DNA from: the human T2T-CHM13v2.0 reference genome, Homo sapiens
DNA: 64,000 nucleotides
NCBI RefSeq assembly: GCF_009914755.1
Contig: NC_060947.1
Reading direction: 5' to 3' (one strand)
A program made the translations under genes and the position numbers. The notes below the pieces were generated by a model. That model was not told the DNA's origin, ran no database searches, and worked only from the letters and a program-made list of their open reading frames with translations. This document shows, one piece after another, positions 1-17,059 of this stretch (position 1 is the first letter of the stretch; each line of letters begins with the position of its first letter).

Positions 1-275
1 ATGTGTTAATGGATGAATGGGTTATCACGGGAGGGGAACTGGTAGCTTTATAAGAGGAAGAGAGACCTGAGTATAGCATGCTAGCCTACTCAGTCCTCTT
101 GCCGTGCAATGCCCTTGGTCATCTCAGGACTCGTTAAAGAGAACACACTAGCAAGAAGGCTCCCACCAGATGTGCCCCTCCACTTGGACTTCCAAGCCTC
201 CATAACTGTAAGAAAGAAAGTCATTTTCGTTATAAATTACCACGTTTTCATTATTACGTTATAAGCAACAGAAAA
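1..275 (+). mobile_element. MaLR LTR fragment (MST-like), 3' part
   Basis: Typical MST/MLT motifs: gagacctgag, cttggacttccaagcctccataactgtaagaaa, ttataaattacc...ttataagcaacagaaa. Subfamily not resolved. Confidence 0.7.
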
Positions 276-499
276 TCAATGAAGGGCGATAGAAAACAAA
301 CCAGAGAAATGAAATCTAAGCTAGGTGGTATAGTGATGTTAAGTGCTATGAATAGTAAAACCATAGCACACCACCATGAGGATTTAAGCTTTTTGAAAGC
401 AAAAAATGTTATTTTTTCTTATTTTTTTTTACCGTTGTATTCCTAGGGCTTAGAATAGTGCTTCACATAAGGAAGGCAATCAACAAATTTTTGTTTGTC

Positions 500-1170
500 T
501 ATACGTTATTGAAAGTGGTACATTAAAGTTTCCAGTTATGACAGCTGAGTTGTCCTATATCTATCTTCAATTTTGTCAGTTTTCGGTTTATTTATTTTTG
601 GGCTCTGTGGCCAGGTCCAAATATTTTCATAATCGTCACATATTCTTGACAGATGAACACATTTACCTTTATAAAATGTCCTTATTTGTCCCTAGCCACA
701 AATTTTGCCTTTTAATCTATTTTGTCAATGGCCACTTCATTGTTCTTTTGTTACTGTTTGCGTGGAATATCATTTTCCATCCTTTTACTTTCAATCCATT
801 TGTGTCTTTGAATCTAAAGTGTCTCTGTTGTACACAGCATATAGTTGGACTATTTAAAATATGTTCTAGAAACCTCTGCCTCTTAATTGAGTTATTTAAT
901 CCATTTACCTTTAAGGAAATTGCTGATAAGATAGAATCTATGTCTGCCATTTTAAAAATTTTCTTTCTGTTTGCATGGTGTCTCTTTTGTGTCTCTCTTG
1001 ATTGACTACTTTTTTCTTCTGTGTTAAATAGACATTTTATAATGTACCATTTTAATGTTTCTTTACGTATATTATTTGTGGTATCTCAGGGGATTGCAAT
1101 GAACATATTAATTTGTAGTATCTAGCTTCAATTAGTGACAATTTGGTTTTTAAAGTATATAAAAATTTTG
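500..1170 (-). mobile_element. Old L1 (L1M-type) fragment, ORF2 endonuclease N-terminus
   Basis: ORF 717..950(-) reads SLKVNGLNNSIKRQR...ICCVQQRHFRFKDTNGLKVKGWKMIFHAN, a degenerate L1 ORF2 EN domain. Boundaries approximate. Confidence 0.75.
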
Positions 1171-1550
1171 CTGATGTATGGCTGTGTTTCTTCCATTTCT
1201 TGTCTACCAACAAGAAACGGATTTTCTTAACTCCCTGGTTTGTAGGATGAAGTATCAGTATTTCTTTCCTTCTTCTTTCTTTATGTCCTTCCTGTACCCA
1301 TCCTTGCCTGCTGCTAGCACCGAGGCTCTGTAAGCACTAAATTTATGTAACTCTCAAGTACTTTTTAAAATCTATAGCTAGTTGATTGTATGGGTAGAAA
1401 ACCATGAGTGTGTATGTTATTATGATTATATAAATATTATTCACTCTGAAAAAATAGGTGTGCTTAATTAAATTTCTTCCTTTGTGGGCACAATGTCAAG
1501 ACATCGGTCATACTCCAAGAAGCATATTTCTAGGTGCAAATAGATTCACC

Positions 1551-5084
<3,534 letters not shown>

Positions 5085-6743
5085 AGAAGGAAAACTAACA
5101 AACAGAAAGGACATCCCCCCCAAACACCTTCTGTTCGTCACCGTCATCAAAGACCAAAGGTAGATAAAACCACAAAGATGGGGAAAAAACAGAGCAGAAA
5201 AACTGGAAACTCTGAAAATCAGAGTGCCTCTCCTCCTCCAAAGGAACGCTGCTCCTCACCAGCAGCAGAACAAAGCTGCATGGAGAATGACTTTGTCGAG
5301 TTGAAGGAAGAATGCTTCAGACGATCAAACTACTCCGAGCTAAAGGAGGAAGTTCGAACCAATGGCAGAGAAGTTAAAATCCTTGAGAAAAAAAATAGAT
5401 GAATGGCTAACTAGAATAACCAATGCCGAGAAGTCCTTAAAGGACCTGATGGAGCTGAAAACCAAGGCACGAGAACTACATGACGAATGCAGAAGCCTCA
5501 GTAGCCAATGCGATCAACTGGAAGAAAGGGTATCAGTGATGGAAGATCACATGAGTGAAATGAAGCGAGAAGAGCAGTTTAGAGAAAAAGAATAAAAAGA
5601 AATGAACAAAGCCTCCTCGAAATACGGGATTATGTGAAAAGACCAAATCTGCGTCTGATTGGTGTACCTGAAAGTGATGGGGAGAATGGAACCAAGCTGG
5701 AAACCACTCTGCAGGATATTATCCAGGAGAACTTCCCCAATCTAGCAAGGCACGCCGACATTCAAATTCAGGAAATGCGGAGAACGCCACAAAGACACTC
5801 CTCGAGAAGAGCAACTCCAAGACATATAATTGTCAGATTCACCAAAGTTGAAATGAAGGAAAAAATGTTAAGGGCAGCCAGAGAGAAAGGTCGGGTTACC
5901 CACAAAGGGAAGCCCGTCAGACTAACAGCTGATCTCTCAGCAGGAACTCTACAAGCCAGAAGAGAGTGGGGGCCAATATTCAACATTCTTAAGGAAAAGA
6001 ATTTTCACCAGAATTTCATATCCAGCCAAACTAAGCTTCATAAGTGAAGGAGACATAAAATCCTTTATAGACAAGCAAATGCTGAGAGATTTTGTCACCA
6101 CCAGGCCTGCCCTGAAAGAGCTCTTGAAGGAAGCACTGAACATGGAAAGGAACAACCAGTACCAGCCACTGCAAAAACATGCCAAACTGTAAAGACCATC
6201 GAAGCTAGGAAGAAACTGCATCAACTAAGGAGCACAATAACCAGCTAACATCATAACGACAGGATCAAATTCACACAGAACAATATTAACCTTAAATGTA
6301 AATGGGCTAAATGCTCCAATTAAAAGACACAGACTGGCAAATTGGATAAAGAGTCAAGACCCATCAGTGTGCTGTATTCAGGCAACCCATCTCACGTGCA
6401 GAGACACACATAGGCTGAAAATAAAGGGATGGAGGAAGATCTCCCAAGCCAATGGAAAACAAAATAAGGCAGGGGTTGCAATCCTAGTGTCTGATAAAAC
6501 AGACTTTAAACCAATAAAGATCAAAAGAGACAAAGAAGGCCATTCCATAATGGTAAAGGGATCAATTCAACAAGAAGAGCTAACTATCCTAAATATATAC
6601 GCAGCCAATACAGGAGCACCCAGATTCATAAAGGAAGTCCTTAGAGACCTACAAAGGGACCTAGACTCCCACACAATAATAATGGGAGACTTTAACAACC
6701 CACTGTCAACATTAGACAGATCAACGAGACAGAAAGTTAACAA
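5085..6743 (+). mobile_element. Same L1PA element, inverted 5' part (end of 5'UTR, ORF1, start of ORF2)
   Basis: MGKKQSRKTGNS... ORF1 start at ~5178 and ORF1 pieces to ~6190, then ORF2 EN to ...RQKVN. It ends just before the L1 position where the minus-strand part begins (twin-priming geometry). Confidence 0.92.
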
Positions 6744-9282
6744 TAAGTTTCAAAGAATGAAAATGAATCAAGCAGAGATTGTAGAGCTGAAAAATGCAAG
6801 TGATAGGCTGAGGAATCTCTCAAGTTCTGTTAATAGCAGAATCAATCAACAGAAGATGGAATTAATAAGCTTGAAGAAAGGCTATTTGAAAATAGTCTTT
6901 TGTCAGAAAAGACGAAAGAAAAACCGAGTAGAAAGCAATGAAGCATGTCTGCAGGATCTAGAAAATAGCTTCAAAAGGACATATCTAAGAGTTATTGGCC
7001 TTAAGGAGGAGGTACAGAAACACATAGGAGTAGAAAGTTTCTCCAAAGAGATTATAATAGAGAACTTCCCAAACCCAGAGAAAGAGACACATATCCAAGT
7101 ATAAGAATGTTATAGAACACCAAGGAGACTTAACTGAAAGAAGGGTGCTTCAAGTTATTCAGTAATGAAACTCCCAAAAATCAAGGATAAAGAATTTTTC
7201 TTAAAGCAGCAAGAGAAGAGAAACAAATAACATCCAATGGAGCTCCAATATGTCTGGCAGCAGACTTTTCAGTGGAAACCTTACAGGCCCGGAGAGAGTG
7301 GCATGACATATTTAAAGTGCTGAAAGAAAAAAATTTTAACCTTAGAATAATATATCTGCAACAACTATCCTTCAAACATGAAGGAGAAATAAAAATGGGC
7401 CCAGAGAATCAAAACCTGAGGGATTTCATCATCACTAGCCCTGTCCTGCAAGAAATGTTACAAGGAGTATTTCAATCAGAAAGAAAAGGACGGTAGTGAA
7501 CAATAAGTTATCAACGGAAGGTACAAAACTCAGTGGTCATTGTAAGTACACAGAAAGAATATGATAAAAAAGTGACTGTAGTGTGTAAACCGCTCTTATT
7601 CTAAGTAGAAAGACTAAAGGATAAACCAATCAAAATGTAAAAGCACAACTTTTCAAGACACAGTCAACACAATGAGATACAGAAAGAAATGACAAAAAAT
7701 TAGCGGTGGGACAAAGTTAAGATGCAGCTTTATTAGTTTTATTTTTGTTTGCTGTTTGTTTGTCAAAATCGTCTTAAGTAAATATCAGATTAAAAATAAT
7801 GGTTTATAAGATATTATTTGCAAGCCTCAAGGTAACCTGAAACTAAAGAACATGCAATATATACACAAAAATTCGAAGGCAAGGAACTAAATCATCTACC
7901 CACAGAAAAATCATCCTAAGAAAAGACGGAAAGGAAAGAAAGAAGGAAGATAAGATCACAAAAACATCTGAACATAAAAATCAAAATGACAGGAGTAAGT
8001 TCCTACTTATCAATAGTAACATTGAATGTAAATGGGCTAAACTCTTCCATGAAAAGACATAGACTGGCTGAATGTATGAAAAAACAAGACACATTGATCT
8101 GTTGCCTGCCAGAAACACACTTCACTTCTGAAGACACACATAGACTGAAAATAAAGGGATAGAAAGAGATGCTCCATGCGAATGGAACCAGAAAGAAGCA
8201 GCATTAGCTATATTCCTAGCAAACAAAATAGATTTCAAGACACAAAATGTAAGAGGAAAAAAAGTCACTATATAATAATGAAGGGATCAGTTCAACAAAA
8301 GGCTATAAGAACTTTACATATATGTGCACCCAAGTCTGTAGCACCAAGGTATATAAAGGAAACACTATTACAACTAATGGGAGAGATAGGTCCCAATAGC
8401 ATAATGGCTGGGGGCTTCAACACCCTACTTTCAGCATTGGACAGTTCTTCCAGACATAAAATCAACACAGAAACATCACACTTAATGTACATTACAGACC
8501 AAATGGATGTAACAGACATTTACAAAACACTTCTTCCAAGGACTGCAAAATACACCTTCTTTTACCCAGCACGTGGATCATTCTCAAGGTTAGAATATAT
8601 GTTAGGTCATAAAACAAGTCTTAAAACATCAACATTCAAATAAATTGAAATAATATCAAGCTCCTTCTCTGACCACCAAAAAACAAAAAAAGAAAATCCC
8701 GAAAATAACAAGGGGAACTTTGAAAATTATACAAATCCATAGAATTAAAAAAAAAAATATGCTCCTGAATGACCCACAGGTCAATGAAGAAATTAAAAAC
8801 TAAATTGTAAAATTTCTCAAAATAAATGATCATGGAAACACAACATACCAAAACCCATGGGATACAGCAAAAGCAGTATTAAGAGGGAAGTTTATAGCTA
8901 TAAGTGCCTACATTGAAAAAGAGGAACACCTGCAAATAATTCATGACGCATCTTAAAAAAACAGAAAAATAAGCTCAAAGTGAACCCCAAATCAGTAGAA
9001 GAAAAGAAATAATAAAAGACCAGAGCAGAAATAAATGAAAGTAAAATGAAGAAAGTCAAAACACTATCAAGGAAACAAAAAGTTGGGTTTTTTTTTAAAA
9101 AGCTATTCAAAATTGAGAAACCTGTAGCCAATCTAAGGAAGAAAAAGGAGAGATCGAGATAAATAAACTCCAAAATTGAAAGGAGACATTACAGGCTAAA
9201 GCTGCAAAAATTCAAAGGGCTCTTGTGGTGACCGTGGGAAACTGTATGTGAATAAATTGGAAGATCTCCCTGAAATGAAAAT
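6744..9282 (+). mobile_element. Older L1 (L1PB/L1MA-type) fragment: ORF1 C-terminal half and ORF2 5' part
   Basis: Degenerate ORF1 (NQAEIVELKNA..., ETLQARREWHDIFKVLKEKN) and ORF2 EN (8176..8643). Cut off at the outer palindrome junction. Confidence 0.85.
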
Positions 9283-12200
9283 TACTTCCTGCTGACGAGG
9301 GGACGGAGAGTTTTTTGGGTTGACAGTAGGAGCAATGCCGTCTGTAGATGTTTTTGGGTAGTTGTCTGTGAAATGGCCGTGATCCTGTTAGTTAAAATTT
9401 TCCGAGAAAGGTTAATTAGGCAGGGTAAGAAAATTAGCCCCAGGCATATTATTAGGAGAGGGCCCAGAAATAGGATGACCCATGCTATGATTGTGTTCCC
9501 AAACCAAGAACTTATTTGGTTGTTTTGGTACTCCCTTAGCTTTTTAGCCTTTTCTTTATGTTTGTTTTAGCAGCGTTTTTTTACTAGGCCTGATTGGTTG
9601 ATAAAGAAACAATATTCCTTACCTAATGAGAGGTAGAAGCACATGTTTGGAAAGGCCCATGTGTTAGTTTCTGTTAGTAAGCGTTATTCCTGCTAAGAGG
9701 CTAATAATTAAGCAAAATGCTACAGTAATTGAGATTGTTTTTGTCTGACATTTTACCCTGAGGGTGCTACAGTATATAGTTTTACTGCAAATAGTAGGGT
9801 GAGTAAAGCAGTTTCCACAAGGGTGGTGTAGTCAATAATTTCCATTAAAAAGTTGTAATATTTGGCTTGAAAGGAGAGATAGGAATGACAAAAGTGTTTG
9901 GTGAGGTAGGGGTGAGACTGAGTAAGACGAGCAATTCTTTCTCGGTTATTTATTTTTTATGATTTTTAGCTTACGATTTCCTATTTCTTTATTTGCTCCT
10001 GTGAGGGTTAGGGGGCTTAGAGGCAGTGCCTGCTGAAACATCTAGTTTCCAGTTTATAGGGCTTTAAGAAAGCACAGCTTATTTTGAAGTCTTGTAGTCA
10101 GAAAAATTAGAATTTAATTAAACAGTAGCAAATAATAACTGAAAAACATCAGGCAACTCTAGAATTTAACAAGAGGTGTGTCATAGTTTTGGAAACATAA
10201 TTTCCTCTCTCCACTTTCCCATTTTTATTAAAAGACAAATTATGGTAGGTTTGCTTTAGGATACTTGGCTTACTTGTTTGCATACAGTGCTGCAAGAATA
10301 ATTATTTGTTACATAGGCCTTTTAAATGGGCTTTGGTGGAATTTGGTTTTGTAGAAGCAATCTGAGATAAAAGACTTTTGAAAGCCAAGCCCAGCCATGG
10401 ATTTGTACCATTAAATACCTATGACTTGGGTGAATTCCTCTCCTCTTGATGTTTCAAGATAACTTAGGGTTCCTGGCCTGTTAGAAAGTGACATGTTCTG
10501 TTTACCACAGATCACAACCCCTGTACGGGGACTGTGTACACAAAATATGAGGCCAGTTTTTCAAGGGCTTTATTGGCTTTATAAGTTAAAGCTGGATTCC
10601 TTAAAGGAAAAGCACACCATTCCAGTTAAAGCCTTGGTAAGAATAACCAGTTTTTCCAATCGTGTCCCGTTACAAAAGAAAACAGATTCTTGTTGTATTT
10701 ATGCAAATAACTATATTGCCATAACTTAAGAATACTCATAGATAGTTTCCAAATTTTGGAGAGAATCAGGTAGAGAGAAACAAGTATCCTCCAAATTTTG
10801 TTGATGGGAGTTAACAGTTAAAAGTTAAACAGTTAAAAGTGAACAGTTAACTCCCATACATATGGGAGTTAGCAGTTAACAGTTAAAAGCTGTTAATCGC
10901 TTAAAAAAAGTTTCTTTGACTTTGAAAGGTAAAACAAAGGGATAGCAATATTTTAAGCAAAACGTTAAACAGATTAGTTTCCTATTAGTTTGGTTTATGC
11001 AGTTAATTCCTGTCCTGCTTTTTATCAGAAACCTGCAATCAGAGCTTTATAGCTGATTAGAAAACCACCCTTTGAAGAGGACTAAAACAAGACAACAATT
11101 GTTTATGGATGACAAAAAGTTTTAGGGTAGCCATAGTTAAAGACACAGTTGACAAAGATATCCGTTACCTCTGTGGCACACAATAATTTTAACAAAACAA
11201 TTATAATTATTAGTGATAACGTACACTAAGATATATTAGAATGATAGGAATCTGCCATAACTTTGGAACACATCCCAATAGCATATTTATACAACTATAG
11301 CCCAAAGAAAGCCAAATACCATTTTATATTTGACAATGCTTCCTGTATGATTTTATATCAAATAAGCCGAATTTTACCATTGTATTAGTGTGCTATTAAT
11401 GTTAAGCTCCATTTTTCATAAAACCTTGTAGACGCATTTACCCAATGTTCATGTTTGACCGGAAGGTAAGGTTTTTATAGACCCTTTTTAACCGTTTATA
11501 CTTTTTGTTAAAGAGCAGGTTAGTGCTTTAACAGAAACCCATTGTGCTTTTATTTTAATGCTCGATTTACAGAAAACCTGAATGATACCCCTTTAACTTT
11601 AGCCAGTATGTACACACACGAAATTTTCTTTACAATTAACCTTCCAAAAGTTGCTTAAACCTTTAAAACAATTTTTTAACCTTTTAATGTAGGCAAAAAT
11701 CCACATTCTTAGGCCTCCTTATAATCTTTTTACCAAAAGTATATTTTACTTTCCTTACACACCTTGCTCATAAACTATTTCTTCGGTAGTTTTAAATACG
11801 TGTTACACTGCTAACTTTTAGCAACCTTTACTTTTGATGAAAACCTTGGTAAGTCTGGGAATCTAATTACGCACTAGGTGTAGGGCCTAGGACCCAGACG
11901 GAAGTGCGGAGAAGGTCTGGTTTATTCCAGCATTTAACTCCATGTGTCCTAGGGTTTATTCAGCTGCAAAGCAGGCAAGCTGTACAGCTAAGAGTTAGAG
12001 TGAAATTGTATACAGCATTCAGGAGGCCGAATTACTTTTAAATTGTGCGACATTTCTTGCACAAATTCCCTTTTATAAAATTCTTCACGACTTTCACAGA
12101 CAATTTCTGACATGCCTTACCTTTCTGACTTGTTGTAAAGTCATCCCTTTTTTTAAACAACAGTTAATTTACTTTAGGACAAAAATTTACCATGTGAGAT

Positions 12201-13121
12201 TCTTTCTTATACCAATTATCTTTTCTTTAATATTAAAGATGATAACAGTTCTTTCCCAAAACAAATTTCCTTCATGTCTGTGGACTAGACTGCCTAAGGC
12301 CACAAGGTTGGAAGTTAGCATATTTTACTAAATAGTTAAAGATATAGCTATCTTCGTTAAACCAATATTCATGCTTTATTTATTGAAAAAATTACACAAG
12401 CAAAGATTATTTTGTTTGGGCTGAGTTGTCGTTTTGTAGCCTCTGTGCCAAATGTTGACACCTTATAGTATTTTGCAGCCATAAGTATGAAATTGCTTGA
12501 TTAATAAATGCAAATAAAAACGTACGCTGGCACCTCTTAACGACTTTCAACTCAACTTTTAACTTTGCTGTACCGGTAAGTTCTAAAGATTAAAATTACG
12601 AGAACTGAAAGGTCCCACAGCTTTTACTTTTCCCTTAAAAATATTTGATTTAAGTGCTTATTTTTTTGGCCAGTTAATTAGAGTTCTTTTAATAGACATC
12701 ACACACATAAAACATATATAGCCACACAGACAATCAGAAGAAGACTTAGTAGTTATAAGATTTTTTTTCTGCTAATTTTCCAATTGGATTATTGGCCTTC
12801 GGGTGAGGCCTTTTAGGAACAGGGCTAAGAAAACAGTTTCTAGGGCCTAATGAACAAGTACAGTTGGAAGACAAAGACAGATCTTTGAGAGGTACTTATT
12901 TAAGTCTAGGGGTTTCATAAGGAAAACAGAGGTTTTTCCCAAAACGGGATTTGTGGCACCTTTTTTGTTTTCCCAAGGAGTCCCAGGCCACCAGGAGTCA
13001 TTTCAGGGTCTTTCATACATGCACCAAGAGTGGCAAGACAGAGTGGAGAAAAGTAATTTAGTCGACCAGGAAAAAACCTTTTCCAGGAAAACAAAATTTA
13101 TGAAGAGAAAAACATAAACGC
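9283..13121 (-). mobile_element. ERV1 (MER4-group, MER61-int-like) internal sequence with env remnant, left-arm copy
   Basis: AT-rich non-coding MER4-type interior plus env TM remnant at ~9283-9630. Lies next to a MER61-like LTR and is truncated at 9283. Confidence 0.75.
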
Positions 13122-13362
13122 GGCTGGGCACGGTGGCTCACGCCTGTAATCCCAGCACTTTGGGAGGCCGAGGTGGGCGGATCTTGAGGTCAGGAGTTCC
13201 GAGACCAGCTGGGCCAACATAGTGAAATCCTGTCTCTACTAAAAATAGAAAAATTAGCCGGGTGCGGAGGCAAGCGCCTGTAGTCCCAGCTACTTGGCAG
13301 GCTGAGACAGAAGAATCGCTTGAACCCAGGAGGCAGAGGTTGCAGTGAGCCGAGACCACGCC
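13122..13362 (+). mobile_element. Alu (AluS-like), lacking 3' end and polyA
   Basis: ggctgggcacggtggctcacgcc...gagccgagaccacgcc runs directly into LTR sequence. Confidence 0.95.
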
Positions 13363-13611
13363 TCTGGGTGGAGGGGAGGAGGTTATCTTGGGGCTGGCAT
13401 CTTCCTGGCCAGGGTGGGGTTATCTTGGGGCTAGCTTGTCTCTGGTCGGGGAGGAGTCTGGAATGTTTCTGGTTGGAGATGTTATTTGCGGTTTATGGTC
13501 ATGCTGACCTTAGCCATTAGGCTGATGCCGTTTGGATTTTGGCGGTTTTTGATTAAGGTGAATTTTAAAATGACAGAGCTTGTTCAAGATGGCAATACTC
13601 CTGCTTTGTCA
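13363..13611 (-). mobile_element. ERV1 5' LTR (MER61-like), U3 part only
   Basis: The reverse complement starts TGACAAAGCAGGAGTATTGCCATCTTGAACAAG and has gccccaagataacc repeats. The same LTR recurs at 34253 and 38647. Confidence 0.75.
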
Positions 13612-13836
13612 GTGATGTCCTAAGCCTCTAGCCCCTGATGCCTTGGTATCGTCACTGATTGCAAAAGCTATGCCATGCCTAATGTGCATTTTCAGGAAGG
13701 AACAATCAGCATGTTTCTGAGTTTGGAGACCTGGATTCTTGCAAGAGACTGTGGGTTCCTATGATCCTATGGTCTCTTCCAGCTTTAATATTCTATGATA
13801 AAATGATGTCCAGTGCTTTCTCTATTGCAAAAATCT

Positions 13837-14230
<394 letters not shown>

Positions 14231-14269
14231 TCATGAATTTTCACATCCTATTATACTCACTAGTAATAG

Positions 14270-14480
14270 TTTGTAATTACTGAACATACACTATGTACTA
14301 GGCTCTGTGCTAAAAGCTTAAATATATTAATTAATTTGTTTTTCAAAACAATCCTGAGAAGTAGGTGCTAGCATTTTTTCCATTTTTCATACGAAGAATC
14401 TAAGACTCAGAGGAGTTAAGAAACTTGACCTACATCACCCGACTAGGACGTAGCAGAATTTCAGATTTGAACCAGGCCCA
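14270..14480 (-). mobile_element. MIR fragment
   Basis: actatgtactaggctctgtgctaa...aacaatcctgagaagtaggt...ttaagaaacttgacc...cagatttgaaccagg core motifs. Confidence 0.6.
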
Positions 14481-14924
14481 TGATCTTACTTTTATTCCAT
14501 ATTTCCTCTGAACATAACAAGAGTAATACTAACGAGTACAACATTAATATAAGTTTAGTACTACAGTTGGCAATTTAATAACCCTTGCCACAACTGTGAG
14601 AACATGTAGCATGAATAGTACTCTATCCATTTTATTGATAGGGAATTAATCACTTACCAGTGTTGCTCCCTGACAGTTAAAACATGTAAATGCTTTCTAG
14701 TAATGAAGACTGCAATACTAAATTCAGGTTAACCAAATATTTCATTCACCAAATATTGCTTGCAAGTTTACATGTTCCAGGTACTGTAGTAAAATAACTG
14801 ATAAAAGTATCATTTTTTTGGAAAGAAGTACAAGTACCATTTAACGTCTTCACCATTAAATGGAGGATAGCCTTTCCAATAAAGTGACGTCTGACTAGTG
14901 ACCTTAAGAAAATTCGGATACACA

Positions 14925-15250
14925 GGCTGGGCGTGGTGGCTCACGATTGTAATCTCAGCACTTTGGGAGGCGAAGGCAGGTGGATCACGAGGTCAGGAGT
15001 TCAAGACCAGCCTGGCCAACCAATGAAACCCCATCTATACTAAAACTACAAACATTAGTCAGCCGTGGTAGCAGGCGCCTGTAATCTCAGCTACTCAGGA
15101 GGCTGAGGCAGGAGAATTGCTTGAAACCAGGAGGTGGAGGTTGCAGAGAGCCGAGAGTGCACCACTGCACTCCAGGCTAGCCGACAAAGCAAGGCTCCAT
15201 CTCAAAAAAAAAAAAAAAAAAAAAAGGAAAGAAAAAGAAAAGAAAAGAAA
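14925..15250 (+). mobile_element. Alu with TSD aagaaaatt(c/a)ggataca
   Basis: Full Alu, long A-rich tail, flanking direct repeats. Confidence 0.95.
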
Positions 15251-15719
15251 ATTAGGATACATAGTGGATATTTTAGAGAAGAAGCTTCCAGGCAGAAGTA
15301 TGCAAAGACCCTGATATGGATGGCAGGTTAGAGGAATCACATGCATGGTGAGTTACAAGAGTCACAGATTGGGGAGTGTGATAGAAGCAGAGTGATTCAC
15401 GAGAAGAATAAGTATTAATGTCAGAGAGGTAATAGGTGCCCACATCATGTACGGCCTTATTAGGAATTTGGATTTTATTTTCATGAAGATGAAAACTCTG
15501 TGGAGTTTTCATCAAAGGAAAAACATGATCTGGCTTAAAATATATTTGTAGGAGATCAAGGATAGAAGAAATAACCCATTGTCATTATTACATTACCAAA
15601 TATTTTTCAGAATCATTTTTTGTTTGCTCAGATGATTTTCAAAAACATCTTTAGCTACTTAATTTAACTTGTTAAGTATTCAGACTTGTGAAGCTTTCTA
15701 CCAATTTAGGTTTAAGCTC

Positions 15720-15830
15720 GTCTCCTCTCTTCTCTCCTCTTCTCCTTTCCTCCCTCCCTCCCTCCCTCCTTCCCTCCCTCCCTTCCTTCCTCCCTCCCTT
15801 CCTTCCTTTCTTTCTTCCTTACTTCCTTGT
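15720..15830. repeat. (CCCT/CCTT)n polypyrimidine tract (mirror at ~32060-32150)
   Basis: Direct reading; an indel between the arms shifts the mirror offset. Confidence 0.85.
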
Positions 15831-16036
15831 CTTTTAGATTCCTCCCAGAGCATAAGATAACACAGGACGAGGTTTGCTGTCTGAAATGCGTTGAAGTCCC
15901 CTGTTATTACAAGAGTTCAAAAACGTGATGACCTCCAAAGGATGCTTAAGAAATAGAATCAGTCTTAAGTTGTAGTGTGGTGTATGGGGATCACTCTCTA
16001 GGGTCCATATTTAGTCAATGACAAAATATTTGCTGA

Positions 16037-16460
<424 letters not shown>

Positions 16461-17059
16461 CTATTCTCATTGATGAACACCTTGGTTATAACTATATCTC
16501 TTTCTCTTACATTCAGAAAATTGTATTGGAATGCAAATGGTTGTGAGAGATACCACTTTTTATTGAAACAGCTGGCACATGAATATACCTGGTTACAATG
16601 CTTGGCCGAATGAGAAATGCAATGCCATTTTATGTAATTGCACTTAATATGCATGAGTCTCACACTTAATCAATTCAGAATCTCAGAATTTCCCAATGTT
16701 GTATCCATCGAACATCTCCTGAGATGCGTATCATCCCATCTGGCCCTAAATGGCTGATTCATGCAGAACATTTTCATGTCATCCCTCAAGCCCAACCACA
16801 GGGCACCTTCAGATCCAACTCTCTTTAAAACACTTTAGTGTCCTTCTTAGGGGCATGAGAAACATCAAACTGGTTTCTTTCACCATTCTGATTCTTCAAG
16901 AAAGGAAGTAGAGCTGTTATAGGCCATTTAGTGACTATGTGCTGCTCTCAGGTAGCCCCTCTCCCTCTGCTGTCCTGCACAGAAAAACATAGTACATGAT
17001 TAACTATGTAAGACTCTCTCAGGCCCATCTTCCCAGGCAGAACACTTGGACATGTCTTT

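Noticed and set aside
9266-9282. Possible templated insert (ccctgaaatgaaaat) at the outer junction
   Set aside because: Too short and AT-rich to assign a source; could be diverged L1 sequence.
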